A stretch of 27,052 nucleotides of DNA from the IMG/VR virus record IMGVR_UViG_2541047934_000004, positions 1 to 27,052 of that record; one strand, written 5' to 3'. This DNA is from a virus. Taxonomy: Duplodnaviria > Heunggongvirae > Uroviricota > Caudoviricetes. Position numbers and translations under genes: made by a program. The notes beneath the pieces were generated by a model that was given only the letters and a program-made list of their open reading frames with translations, ran no database searches and was not told where the DNA came from. This document shows, one piece after another, positions 7,843 through 15,781 of this stretch (positions are counted from its first letter, which is position 1; every line of letters begins with the position of its first letter).

Positions 7843-8139
7843 ATGCTGACGAAAGAACCATCATTTGCGTCGCTGCTGGTAAAACAAAGTCCGGCAATGC
7901 ACTACGGTCACGGCTGGATCACGGGTGAGAATGGAAAACGCTGGCATCCATGTCATTCACAAGATGAATTGCTGTCTGAATTGACCACGAGGAAACGGAG
8001 AAAGTCCAAATGTATGCGGCAGAAAGTGAAGTGGTTTATCAGTTTCGTTACAGAGGGGAGAGTTATTCAGTACCTGAAGATGATTTGCTCTGTTGCTATC
8101 CGTCATTGTCGGGCGATGGCAGTTACTTTTTCACGTTAA
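7843..8139 (+). CDS. Hypothetical early protein (frame and 3' end uncertain)
   Basis: ATG at 7843 with gaggtg RBS right after cII stop; the N-terminal ~55 codons look protein-like, but the distal part is Cys/Arg/Trp-rich and overlaps the next ORF in another frame. Confidence 0.3.
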   Translation: MLTKEPSFASLLVKQSPAMHYGHGWITGENGKRWHPCHSQDELLSELTTRKRRKSKCMRQKVKWFISFVTEGRVIQYLKMICSVAIRHCRAMAVTFSR

Positions 8140-8234
8140 AGGATGGGACGTTTTTACGGGGAGAGCAGGTTAAAGAGACGATACGAAAAAATGTATCTCC
8201 TCTTGAGCGTTACCGTAAGAACAAAGAACGATAG
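8010..8234 (+). CDS. Hypothetical early protein (74 aa)
   Basis: ATG at 8010 preceded by acggag RBS at 9-nt spacing; translation MYAAESEVVYQFRYRGESYSVPEDD... has ordinary composition. Confidence 0.4.
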   Translation: MYAAESEVVYQFRYRGESYSVPEDDLLCCYPSLSGDGSYFFTLKDGTFLRGEQVKETIRKNVSPLERYRKNKER

Positions 8235-8256
8235 CTGCGTTTGGGGGATATGAAGT

Positions 8257-8598
8257 ATGGCAATTAATGGCGCTGCAGCAACTGTTCCATTAAGCCCCGG
8301 TGAACGCCTGAATGGACTTAATCACATTGCGGAGTTAAGGGCGAAAGTTTTTGGCATGAATATTGAGTCAGAGCTTGAGCGGTTTATTAAAGATATGCGT
8401 GATCCACGGGATATCAATAATGAACAAAATAAACGGGCACTGGCTGCCATATTCTTTATGGCAAAAATTCCAGCTGAACGTCATAGCATCAGCATTAATG
8501 AGCTGACCACTGACGAAAAGCGGGAGCTGATTAAAGCAATGAATCATTTTCGTGCAGTGGTGAGCTTATTTCCCAGACGGCTAACCATGCCGAATTAA
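8257..8598 (+). CDS. Hypothetical early protein (113 aa)
   Basis: ATG with ggggg RBS; co-directional with early operon; no recognisable motif. Confidence 0.5.
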   Translation: MAINGAAATVPLSPGERLNGLNHIAELRAKVFGMNIESELERFIKDMRDPRDINNEQNKRALAAIFFMAKIPAERHSISINELTTDEKRELIKAMNHFRAVVSLFPRRLTMPN

Positions 8599-8665
8599 CC
8601 AACTAATGAAATTAATGGCGTAAACCCGCCGGGCATCCCTTTATCTAAATTCAGGAGAATTGATT

Positions 8666-8899
8666 ATGCGTAATATTGAAACCCTCACGACTAAAACCGG
8701 ACCGGATGATGCAGGGCTTAATATTTTACTGACAGAGGCTCGTCTGGAAGAACGCCGGGCAAGGGCTGAAGCAATGGCAGCTCGCCTTGATAGCCTGGCG
8801 TGTCATATCACATCCCGCCAACTAAACCACGTCGAAGCGGCAGAACTGCTGCGTGTGACTGCTGAAGCAATCCAGAACGAAGCGCAGGAGATCCACTGA
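8666..8899 (+). CDS. Hypothetical early protein (77 aa)
   Basis: ATG at 8666 with aggag RBS at 7-nt spacing; stop overlaps start of next gene (ATGA-type coupling at 8897-8901). Confidence 0.5.
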   Translation: MRNIETLTTKTGPDDAGLNILLTEARLEERRARAEAMAARLDSLACHITSRQLNHVEAAELLRVTAEAIQNEAQEIH

Positions 8900-9126
8900 T
8901 GGCTGATGCAATGGATCTCGTACAGCAGCGAGTTGAAGAAGAACGCCAACGTCATATCCGTGCTGCCCGTGCCAAAACGCCGGGCGTGTCCCGCGTGCTT
9001 TGCGTTGAGTGTGAAGCGCCAATTCCGCCAGCACGCCGCCGTGCCATTCCGGGGGTGCAGCTTTGCATTACCTGTCAGGAAATCGCAGAGCTGAAAGGCA
9101 AACATTACAACGGAGGTGCTGTATGA
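8899..9126 (+). CDS. TraR/DksA-family C4 zinc-finger protein
   Basis: 75 aa with CVECEAPIPPARRRAIPGVQLCITCQE (C-x2-C ... C-x2-C) typical of phage TraR/DksA-like proteins; caggag RBS. Confidence 0.65.
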   Translation: MADAMDLVQQRVEEERQRHIRAARAKTPGVSRVLCVECEAPIPPARRRAIPGVQLCITCQEIAELKGKHYNGGAV

Positions 9127-9980
9127 GCACCATCCTGAAATGGGCGGGAAATAAAACCGCCATTATGTCCGAACTGAAAAAACACCTTCCTGCTGGCCCG
9201 CGACTGGTTGAACCTTTCGCGGGTTCCTGTGCTGTGATGATGGAGACGGATTACCCCAGCTATCTGGTTGCGGATATTAATCCTGATTTAATCAACCTCT
9301 ATAAAAAGGTTGCTGCTGATTGTGAATCGTTTATATCTCGCGCCAGAGTTTTATTTGAGATCGCAAACAGGGAGGTGGCTTATTACAACATAAGGCAGGA
9401 GTTTAATTACTCCACTGAAATTACTGATTTCATGAAAGCGGTATATTTCCTGTATCTCAATCGTCACGGTTACCGTGGTTTATGTCGCTATAACAAGAGC
9501 GGGCATTTCAACATTCCCTACGGTAATTATAAAAATCCGTATTTCCCTGAAAAAGAAATTCGCGCATTTGCAGAAAAGGCCCAGCGAGCAACGTTTATCT
9601 GCGCCAGCTTTGATGAAACGCTGGCGATGTTGAAGGCGGGGGATGTGGTGTATTGCGATCCGCCGTATGACGGTACGTTTTCCGGCTATCACACTGATGG
9701 TTTCACTGAAGATGACCAGTATCACCTGGCATCTGTTCTTGAACATCGGTCATCAGAAGGACATCCGGTCATTGTTTCTAACAGTGACACATCCCTGATC
9801 CGTTCGCTGTATCGCAATTTTACTCACCACTACATCAAGGCAAAACGCAGCATCGGTGTGGCAGCTGGCGAGGGTAAATCAGCAACAGAAATCATTGCTG
9901 TTTCCGGGCCGCGCTGCTGGGTGGGATTTGATTATTCGCGTGGCGTGGATAGTTCTGCCGTGTACGGAGTACGTGCATGA
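9123..9980 (+). CDS. dam: DNA adenine methyltransferase (Dam-like, N6-adenine, DPPY motif)
   Basis: N-terminus [23 protein letters not shown]...EPFAGSCAV (AdoMet-binding FxGxG-like) and catalytic [12 protein letters not shown] (DPPY). ATG 9123 overlaps the stop of the upstream gene; the listed 9063 start is an in-frame upstream extension. Confidence 0.85.
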   Translation: MSTILKWAGNKTAIMSELKKHLPAGPRLVEPFAGSCAVMMETDYPSYLVADINPDLINLYKKVAADCESFISRARVLFEIANREVAYYNIRQEFNYSTEITDFMKAVYFLYLNRHGYRGLCRYNKSGHFNIPYGNYKNPYFPEKEIRAFAEKAQRATFICASFDETLAMLKAGDVVYCDPPYDGTFSGYHTDGFTEDDQYHLASVLEHRSSEGHPVIVSNSDTSLIRSLYRNFTHHYIKAKRSIGVAAGEGKSATEIIAVSGPRCWVGFDYSRGVDSSAVYGVRA

Positions 9981-12391
9981 GCCATGCCGATATGAACAAC
10001 TGCTGCGGCTTTAACGAGGCTGCCGCATCGTTCTCATGGAACAGCCCGAAAAAGGCCATTAACCCTTATCTGGACCCGGCGGAAGTTGCGCCGGTTTCTG
10101 CGCTTTCAAACCTGATCACTCTGTACGCTGCCGATAACGAGCAGGAACAGCTGCGCCGCGAGGCACTGAGTGATCAGGTCTGGGAGCGTTATTTCTTTAA
10201 TGAATCCCGTGATCCTGTCCAGCGCGAAATGGAGCAGGATAAGCTCATTAGTCGGGCAAAGCTGGCGCATGAGCAGCAGCGTTTTAATCCAGATATGGTC
10301 ATTCTGGCGGACGTCAATGCCCAGCCTTCCCATATCAGCAAGCCGCTGATGCAACGTATTGAATACTTCAGCAGCCTGGGCAGGCCAAAGGCTTATTCCC
10401 GCTATTTGCGTGAGACGATTAAGCCATGTCTGGAACGACTGGAGCATGTACGCGACAGTCAGCTATCCGCTTCTTTTCGCTTTATGGCAAGCCATGAAGG
10501 GCTGGATGGCCTGCTTATCCTGCCTGAAATGAGTCAGGATCAGGTGAAGCGCCTGTCTACCCTTGTCGCTGCGCATATGAGCATGTGCCTTGATGCAGCT
10601 TGTGGTGATTTGTATGCCACCGATGACGTTAAGCCAGAAGAAATCCGCAAGACATGGGAAAAGGTGGCAGCGGAAACCCTGCGTCTGGATGTTATCCCGC
10701 CTGCGTTTGAGCAACTCCGTCGGAAAAGAAACCGCCGTAAACCCGTGCCCTATGAACTCATTCCGGGTTCGCTGGCGCGTATGTTGTGCGCTGACTGGTG
10801 GTACCGGAAATTATGGAAGATGCGTTGCGAATGGCGGGAAGAGCAGTTGCGCGCTGTCTGCCTGGTCAGCAAAAAAGCATCTCCTTATGTCAGCTATGAA
10901 GCCGTGATGCATAAACGTGAGCAGCGCCGTAAGTCGCTGGAGTTTTTCCGTTCTCATGAACTGGTGAACGAAGACGGCGACACGCTGGACATGGAGGATG
11001 TGGTAAACGCCAGCAGCAGCAACCCTGCGCATCGCCGCAATGAGATGATGGCCTGTGTTAAAGGTCTGGAACTTATCGCGGAAATGCGCGGTGACTGCGC
11101 CGTTTTCTACACCATCACCTGTCCGTCACGTTTCCATTCCACGCTAAATAACGGCAGACCCAACCCGAACTGGACAAATGCGACGGTAAGACAAAGCAGT
11201 GATTATTTGGTCGGCATGTTTGCTGCATTTCGTAAGGCGATGCACAAAGCCGGATTGCGCTGGTATGGCGTGCGGGTGGCTGAGCCGCATCATGACGGTA
11301 CAGTTCACTGGCACCTGTTGTGTTTTATGCGCAAAAAAGACCGCCGCGCCATCACTGCATTACTGCGTAAGTTTGCCATCCGTGAAGACCGCGAGGAGCT
11401 GGGCAATAACACGGGGCCGCGCTTTAAGTCTGAGTTGATTAACCCGCGCAAAGGAACGCCGACAAGCTACATCGCGAAATATATCAGTAAGAACATTGAC
11501 GGGCGTGGTCTGGCTGGCGAGATCAGCAAGGAAACGGGTAAATCCCTGCGTGATAACGCTGAATACGTGAATGCCTGGGCGTCTCTGCATCGTGTTCAGC
11601 AATTCCGCTTCTTTGGCATTCCGGGGCGTCAGGCTTACCGTGAACTGCGATTGCTGGCTGGTCAGGCGGCAAGGCAACAGGGTGACAAAAAAGCAGGTGC
11701 GCCGGTACTGGATAACCCGCGCCTTGATGCAATCCTGGCTGCTGCTGATGCTGGTTGTTTTGCCACCTACATCATGAAGCAGGGCGGCGTACTGGTTCCC
11801 CGTAAATATCACCTTATCAGAACTGCTTATGAAATCAACGAAGAGCCGACCGCCTATGGCGATCACGGCATTCGTATTTATGGCATCTGGTCACCTATTG
11901 CAGAGGGCAAGATCTGCACTCATGCCGTGAAGTGGAAAATGGTTCGTAAGGCCGTTGACGTTCAGGAGGCGGCAGCCGACCAGGGCGCTTGCGCCCCTTG
12001 GACTCGTGGCAATAACTGTCCCCTTGCTGAAAATTTGAACCAACAGGAGAAAGATAAATCAGCTGATGGGGACCCCAGAACGGACATTACCAGCATGGAT
12101 GACAAGGAGTTGCACGATTACCTGCACAGTATGAGCAAAAAAGAGCGCCGGGAACTGGCAGCAAGGTTACGCCTGGTGAAACCGAAACGGCGTAAAGACT
12201 ACAAACAGCGAATTACAGACCATCAGCGACTGCAGCTCGTGTATGAGCTGAAGTCCAGAGGATTTGATGGCAGCGAGAAAGAGGTCGATTTACTCCTTCG
12301 CGGAGGCAGTATTCCGTCAGGAGCAGGCCTGCGTATCTTCTATCGGAACCAGCGTTTGCAGGAAGATGATCAGTGGCGGAACCTGTATTAA
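9977..12391 (+). CDS. A: Replication initiation protein A (P2 gpA / 186 RepA family, rolling-circle nickase)
   Basis: 804-aa ORF at the gpA position. Contains an HUH-like motif (TVHWHLLCF) and a tyrosine-rich motif [12 protein letters not shown] typical of rolling-circle initiators. Start overlaps dam stop. Confidence 0.85.
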   Translation: MSHADMNNCCGFNEAAASFSWNSPKKAINPYLDPAEVAPVSALSNLITLYAADNEQEQLRREALSDQVWERYFFNESRDPVQREMEQDKLISRAKLAHEQQRFNPDMVILADVNAQPSHISKPLMQRIEYFSSLGRPKAYSRYLRETIKPCLERLEHVRDSQLSASFRFMASHEGLDGLLILPEMSQDQVKRLSTLVAAHMSMCLDAACGDLYATDDVKPEEIRKTWEKVAAETLRLDVIPPAFEQLRRKRNRRKPVPYELIPGSLARMLCADWWYRKLWKMRCEWREEQLRAVCLVSKKASPYVSYEAVMHKREQRRKSLEFFRSHELVNEDGDTLDMEDVVNASSSNPAHRRNEMMACVKGLELIAEMRGDCAVFYTITCPSRFHSTLNNGRPNPNWTNATVRQSSDYLVGMFAAFRKAMHKAGLRWYGVRVAEPHHDGTVHWHLLCFMRKKDRRAITALLRKFAIREDREELGNNTGPRFKSELINPRKGTPTSYIAKYISKNIDGRGLAGEISKETGKSLRDNAEYVNAWASLHRVQQFRFFGIPGRQAYRELRLLAGQAARQQGDKKAGAPVLDNPRLDAILAAADAGCFATYIMKQGGVLVPRKYHLIRTAYEINEEPTAYGDHGIRIYGIWSPIAEGKICTHAVKWKMVRKAVDVQEAAADQGACAPWTRGNNCPLAENLNQQEKDKSADGDPRTDITSMDDKELHDYLHSMSKKERRELAARLRLVKPKRRKDYKQRITDHQRLQLVYELKSRGFDGSEKEVDLLLRGGSIPSGAGLRIFYRNQRLQEDDQWRNLY

Positions 12392-12475
12392 TTACGCGGG
12401 TTAACAATTCGTGCTCTTAATAATACCAGGCTGATGAACGTAAAAAATCGTTTTACATCAGTAAGATTATTATAT

Positions 12476-12492
12476 ACTGTAAATATAAACAG
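12476..12492. promoter_or_regulatory. LexA-box-like palindrome (CTG-N11-CAG; spacer one nt longer than canonical) upstream of the Tum/DinI-like operon
   Basis: tactgtaaaatataaacagtgg: ctgt and acag half-sites with an AT-rich spacer, in an AT-rich promoter-like region about 45 nt upstream of ATG 12536. Confidence 0.3.
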
Positions 12493-12535
12493 TGGTTATG
12501 CATACAGCATTGCGTGTGGTGTCATAGGAGGAAAG

Positions 12536-12724
12536 ATGCAGGACTATTTTTTGGAGTCTTTGAAGCTCCAGCGCATTGATTTTTTTCTTAAGCTTGTAGC
12601 GGCTAGTGAGTGTAGTGATGAAGAGAAGGGGCTGGCTCTGCAGTGGGTTTCTGAATTGACTGATGAACTCATGGCAAAAATCAGAACCCACGAATACAAC
12701 CGCTCAATGGATGTCATCAGCTGA
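12536..12724 (+). CDS. Hypothetical small protein (62 aa), first ORF of Tum/DinI-like operon
   Basis: ATG 12536 with aggagg RBS at 5-nt spacing; followed 10 nt later by the DinI-like ORF. Confidence 0.45.
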   Translation: MQDYFLESLKLQRIDFFLKLVAASECSDEEKGLALQWVSELTDELMAKIRTHEYNRSMDVIS

Positions 12725-12734
12725 GGTGACTTTT

Positions 12735-12968
12735 ATGCGCATTGAAATAATGATCGATAAAGAGCAGAAGATTAGCCAGTCTACCCTGGACGCCCTTGAA
12801 TCCGAGCTTTACCGCAATCTGCGCCCCCTGTATCCCAAAACGGTAATTCGCATTCGCAAAGGTAGCTCTAACGGTGTGGAACTAACCGGACTGCAACTGG
12901 ACGAAGAAAGAAAACAAGTGATGAAAATTATGCAGAAGGTGTGGGAAGACGACAGCTGGCTGCATTAA
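12735..12968 (+). CDS. DinI-family protein (Tum antirepressor-like)
   Basis: Translation MRIEIMIDKEQKISQSTLDALESELYRNLRPLYPKTVIRIRKGSSNGVELTGLQLDEERKQVMKIMQKVWEDDSWLH aligns along its length with E. coli DinI as I recall it (MRIEV..., ...ETWESADDW...). Position after gene A matches the 186 tum region. Confidence 0.7.
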   Translation: MRIEIMIDKEQKISQSTLDALESELYRNLRPLYPKTVIRIRKGSSNGVELTGLQLDEERKQVMKIMQKVWEDDSWLH

Positions 12969-13103
12969 GAAACGTTGCTGGCGTCTGAACTTGCTTCTGG
13001 CGTCAGCAAGGTTGAACAACGAGCCCTTGCGAGGCGTTAGCTCTGTAGTGCATGTCTATGCCGCATGAGATCGCATGATCGTTTGAGGATCGTTTTTGCT
13101 AAG

Positions 13104-13127
13104 GCCCGCCAGAACTGGCGGGCTTTT
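13104..13127 (+). terminator. Rho-independent terminator after the Tum/DinI-like operon
   Basis: gcccgccag aa ctggcgggc (perfect 9-bp GC-rich stem) followed by ttttg. Confidence 0.65.
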
Positions 13128-13172
13128 GCGTAGATCATGCAGGTGCATGAAAACCACTACATAAAGCGGGCA

Positions 13173-13191
13173 GGCGTGGCGGGGATACGAG
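13173..13191. other. cos-like 19-mer of the P2/186-like prophage (diverged from the satellite cos)
   Basis: ggcgtggcggggatacgag with flanks aaagcggg...cgcgcg, homologous to the region around the satellite cos at 1065-1083 (aaagcggg...ggcgaggcggggaaagcac...gcgcgc). Located where cos is expected, between the end of the early region and portal gene Q. Confidence 0.5.
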
Positions 13192-13289
13192 CGCGCGTAT
13201 TTGGTCGTTACTTAGCTTTTTTTTATCAATAGATTAAGCTAACTTAAGTCTTTTTAGGAAAAAATATTTTTTCGTGATGAGGTAGAAAG

Positions 13290-14699
13290 ATGTCTTTTCT
13301 TGATATAAAAAAAATGAGTAAAGAGAGGTTTAATGCTTTTGTTGATTGGACCAGAATGCCAAATACTGAACTTTTAGGCTATGAGTTTGAGTGGTACTGT
13401 AGTCCGAGAGAGTTCCTGCTAGGGGCACTATTATTGGATCAAATCGATGAAGATTATAGCGGTATTGTTTTAGCAAGAGACTTAAGTGGGAGATATAGAT
13501 GTATTGACCTATTTACTAGTGTTTCAGAAATGAATTCTGCACGAGCAAAACTAAAGAAATTAATGCGGAAGCATACTAAATTAAACGTAAAAGTATTTCC
13601 ACAAGGTGATGAAACTTATAAAGCAATGGATTTATTCACACCTATAGTTACACCAGATAAACTTCATCATCATTTTTCATTATTTGGTAAATACGCGAAC
13701 TGGTCGCCTGCAACAGGGATAATCAAGGAAATGATGAATCATTTTGAGGATGTCGACGGGAATTTTATAGAGCAGTTTCAGACAACAGGTTTTGATGCCC
13801 GGCTATGGGAGTTATATCTTTTCGCATATTTACGAGAGGAACACTTTTGGCTAGATAGGCAGTTTAATGCCCCTGATTATGTGGCACGTAAGTATGGTAA
13901 TACTATTTGCATTGAAGCTGTAACGGTTAATCCAACAGGGAATGATATTAATCAATCATCTGAAATGCTATCAGAACCTAAAAGTAAGGAAGAATTGCTA
14001 GAGAAAATAGAGAATTATATGCCGATTAAATTTGGAAGTTCTCTCTATTCTAAACTGAAAAAGAAAACTCGATACTGGGATCTAGAACATGTTAAGGGGA
14101 ATCCTTTAATTTTCGCAATTGCTGATTTTCATGAACCAAACTCTATGATTTGGTCCCATAGTGCACTTTGGCAGTATCTTTATGGTATTCGCTATGAGCA
14201 TGTTAAATCTGAAGATGGATGTTACAGTTTAGCAACTAAGAAAATTATATCGCATCAATTTGAGAAAAAGGAAATTCCTTCAGGCTTTTTCTTCTTGGAT
14301 GAGTCTGAAAATATTTCGGCCGTCCTTAGTTCTAATAGTGGTACTATATCGAAGTTTAATCGGATGGGAAAACTGGCTGGTTTTGGAAGAAGTGACCTTA
14401 GATTATTTAGGAGTGGTTACTGCCATGATCATGACCCAGAGGCATTATATCCAGCAGCATTTAGTTTTGAAGTGAAAGAAGGCGATATTACAGAAACATG
14501 GGCAGAAGGTTTAAATATGTATCATAATCCTAATGCTAAATATCCTGTAGATCCTGATTTATTTCCTTCAATAGCACATCATTTTCTTGAAAATGGAGAG
14601 GTTAAAAGTATAGTTCCTGACTTTCATCCGTATACATCTATTACCATAAATGTCTTAACTCAAAATAATAAAAAACAAAAAATCAGAGTAGATGAGTAA
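13290..14699 (+). CDS. Hypothetical protein (469 aa), AT-rich cargo gene between cos and portal gene; candidate novel anti-phage or accessory function
   Basis: Long ORF with gagg RBS 7 nt upstream of ATG, own AT-rich promoter-like leader, convergent with Q. No P-loop, HNH, HTH or other motif I can recognise by eye. Composition is clearly more AT-rich than the neighbouring phage genes. Confidence 0.75.
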   Translation: MSFLDIKKMSKERFNAFVDWTRMPNTELLGYEFEWYCSPREFLLGALLLDQIDEDYSGIVLARDLSGRYRCIDLFTSVSEMNSARAKLKKLMRKHTKLNVKVFPQGDETYKAMDLFTPIVTPDKLHHHFSLFGKYANWSPATGIIKEMMNHFEDVDGNFIEQFQTTGFDARLWELYLFAYLREEHFWLDRQFNAPDYVARKYGNTICIEAVTVNPTGNDINQSSEMLSEPKSKEELLEKIENYMPIKFGSSLYSKLKKKTRYWDLEHVKGNPLIFAIADFHEPNSMIWSHSALWQYLYGIRYEHVKSEDGCYSLATKKIISHQFEKKEIPSGFFFLDESENISAVLSSNSGTISKFNRMGKLAGFGRSDLRLFRSGYCHDHDPEALYPAAFSFEVKEGDITETWAEGLNMYHNPNAKYPVDPDLFPSIAHHFLENGEVKSIVPDFHPYTSITINVLTQNNKKQKIRVDE

Positions 14700-14720
14700 T
14701 TAATTAGGTTTATTCTTGTT

Positions 14721-14742
14721 AACCACCTCATAGAGGTGGTTA
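14721..14742 (+). terminator. Hairpin between convergent cargo gene and Q (possible terminator)
   Basis: aaccacctc atag gaggtggtt, a perfect 9-bp stem; weak U-tract on either strand. Confidence 0.35.
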
Positions 14743-14746
14743 TTAA

Positions 14747-15781
14747 TTAGTCTAGGGATAGTTGATATTCTTTGAATGTAATAATATTATTTTTTAGCCA
14801 TAAATTTAATTCTTCGAAACGTTTTTGCAAAGGTATTAATTCATTACGAACAAATACCCGACTTGCCTTCTCCACATCCCCAAACCCCCCAACATTATTC
14901 GGCAAAATTCCCATCATCTGAGGCGGTACGCGGTGTGCAGCCATCATGTCGTCCCGGCTCACGTTCTTGATGTTCAGAAATTCATCTTTCGCTGCGACTT
15001 CTGACAACGGGATGATCTGAAGCCCGTCCTTTTTGCCGTTAGGCGAGTACATAAACAGGTTGCGGAAGTTGCCAGGGCCTTTGGCGCTTTTCATCGCGTT
15101 GCGGAGGTTGTTCACATCTTCCTGGTTCTGCGCGGCGTCGGTCATATACATGATGAAGCCTGCATGACTGCCGTTAATGTAATACTTGCGGCGGAACAGC
15201 GTGGCAGACTCGTTGAGCAGGGCGGATGGAATAGCAGAAAGATAACCGGGCAGGCCGTAGATCTCCTGGTTGATGTCCGGTTCCATCAGATGAAAGATGC
15301 TGCCTTTCGTGAACTGATATGGCTGCGTGGTCATACCGTATTGCACAAACCAGTAGGTATCCAGGTCTAACCCGCGTCGGGTGTATTTTGCCAAGGCAGG
15401 TTCAAGGGCGATAACTTCACCGAAGCGGTTCGTGCGTTTCTCCAGGTAGGCGTTACCAAATACCAGATAGTCCTGCACAAAACGCGAAAAAGCCTGCTGG
15501 CTGAGCAGCGGGTGAGGGATGTAGGTGCTGGTCAGAATGTTGCACTTTACTGCAATCGGGGAACTATGATGAACGGCAGCGCGGAAGGTGCGCGCCAGTC
15601 CGTCAAAGCTGACGGGCGGCTCATACCAGCGGTCCATCTGTACGCATTCCACATAATCCAGCAGTTCTCGGCGGTCCAGAACAGGAACGGGATCGCCGAA
15701 GCTGAATGCTTCGGCTGTAGTTTGACTTTTAAGCTGGATCTGTTTCGTCGCCGCAGCGCGGTTCTTCTTACTCTTTCCCAT
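14747..15781 (-). CDS. Q: Portal protein (P2 gpQ)
   Basis: 344 codons from ATG 15781, which overlaps the P stop as ATGA; size and position match P2 Q. Confidence 0.9.
   Translation of the reverse strand: MGKSKKNRAAATKQIQLKSQTTAEAFSFGDPVPVLDRRELLDYVECVQMDRWYEPPVSFDGLARTFRAAVHHSSPIAVKCNILTSTYIPHPLLSQQAFSRFVQDYLVFGNAYLEKRTNRFGEVIALEPALAKYTRRGLDLDTYWFVQYGMTTQPYQFTKGSIFHLMEPDINQEIYGLPGYLSAIPSALLNESATLFRRKYYINGSHAGFIMYMTDAAQNQEDVNNLRNAMKSAKGPGNFRNLFMYSPNGKKDGLQIIPLSEVAAKDEFLNIKNVSRDDMMAAHRVPPQMMGILPNNVGGFGDVEKASRVFVRNELIPLQKRFEELNLWLKNNIITFKEYQLSLD

Noticed and set aside
9063-9122. Upstream in-frame extension of the Dam ORF
   Set aside because: ATG at 9123 has an RBS and begins the conserved methyltransferase N-terminus; the extension overlaps the upstream zinc-finger gene.
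10106-11866. Minus-strand ORFs inside gene A (10106-10447, 10463-10714, 10811-11032, 11360-11866, 11523-11732) and plus-strand out-of-frame ORFs there
   Set aside because: Embedded in the 804-aa replication gene; no independent start signals.
12476-12492. Canonical LexA SOS box
   Set aside because: Half-sites are present but the spacer is 11 nt instead of 10, so it is reported only as LexA-like with low confidence.
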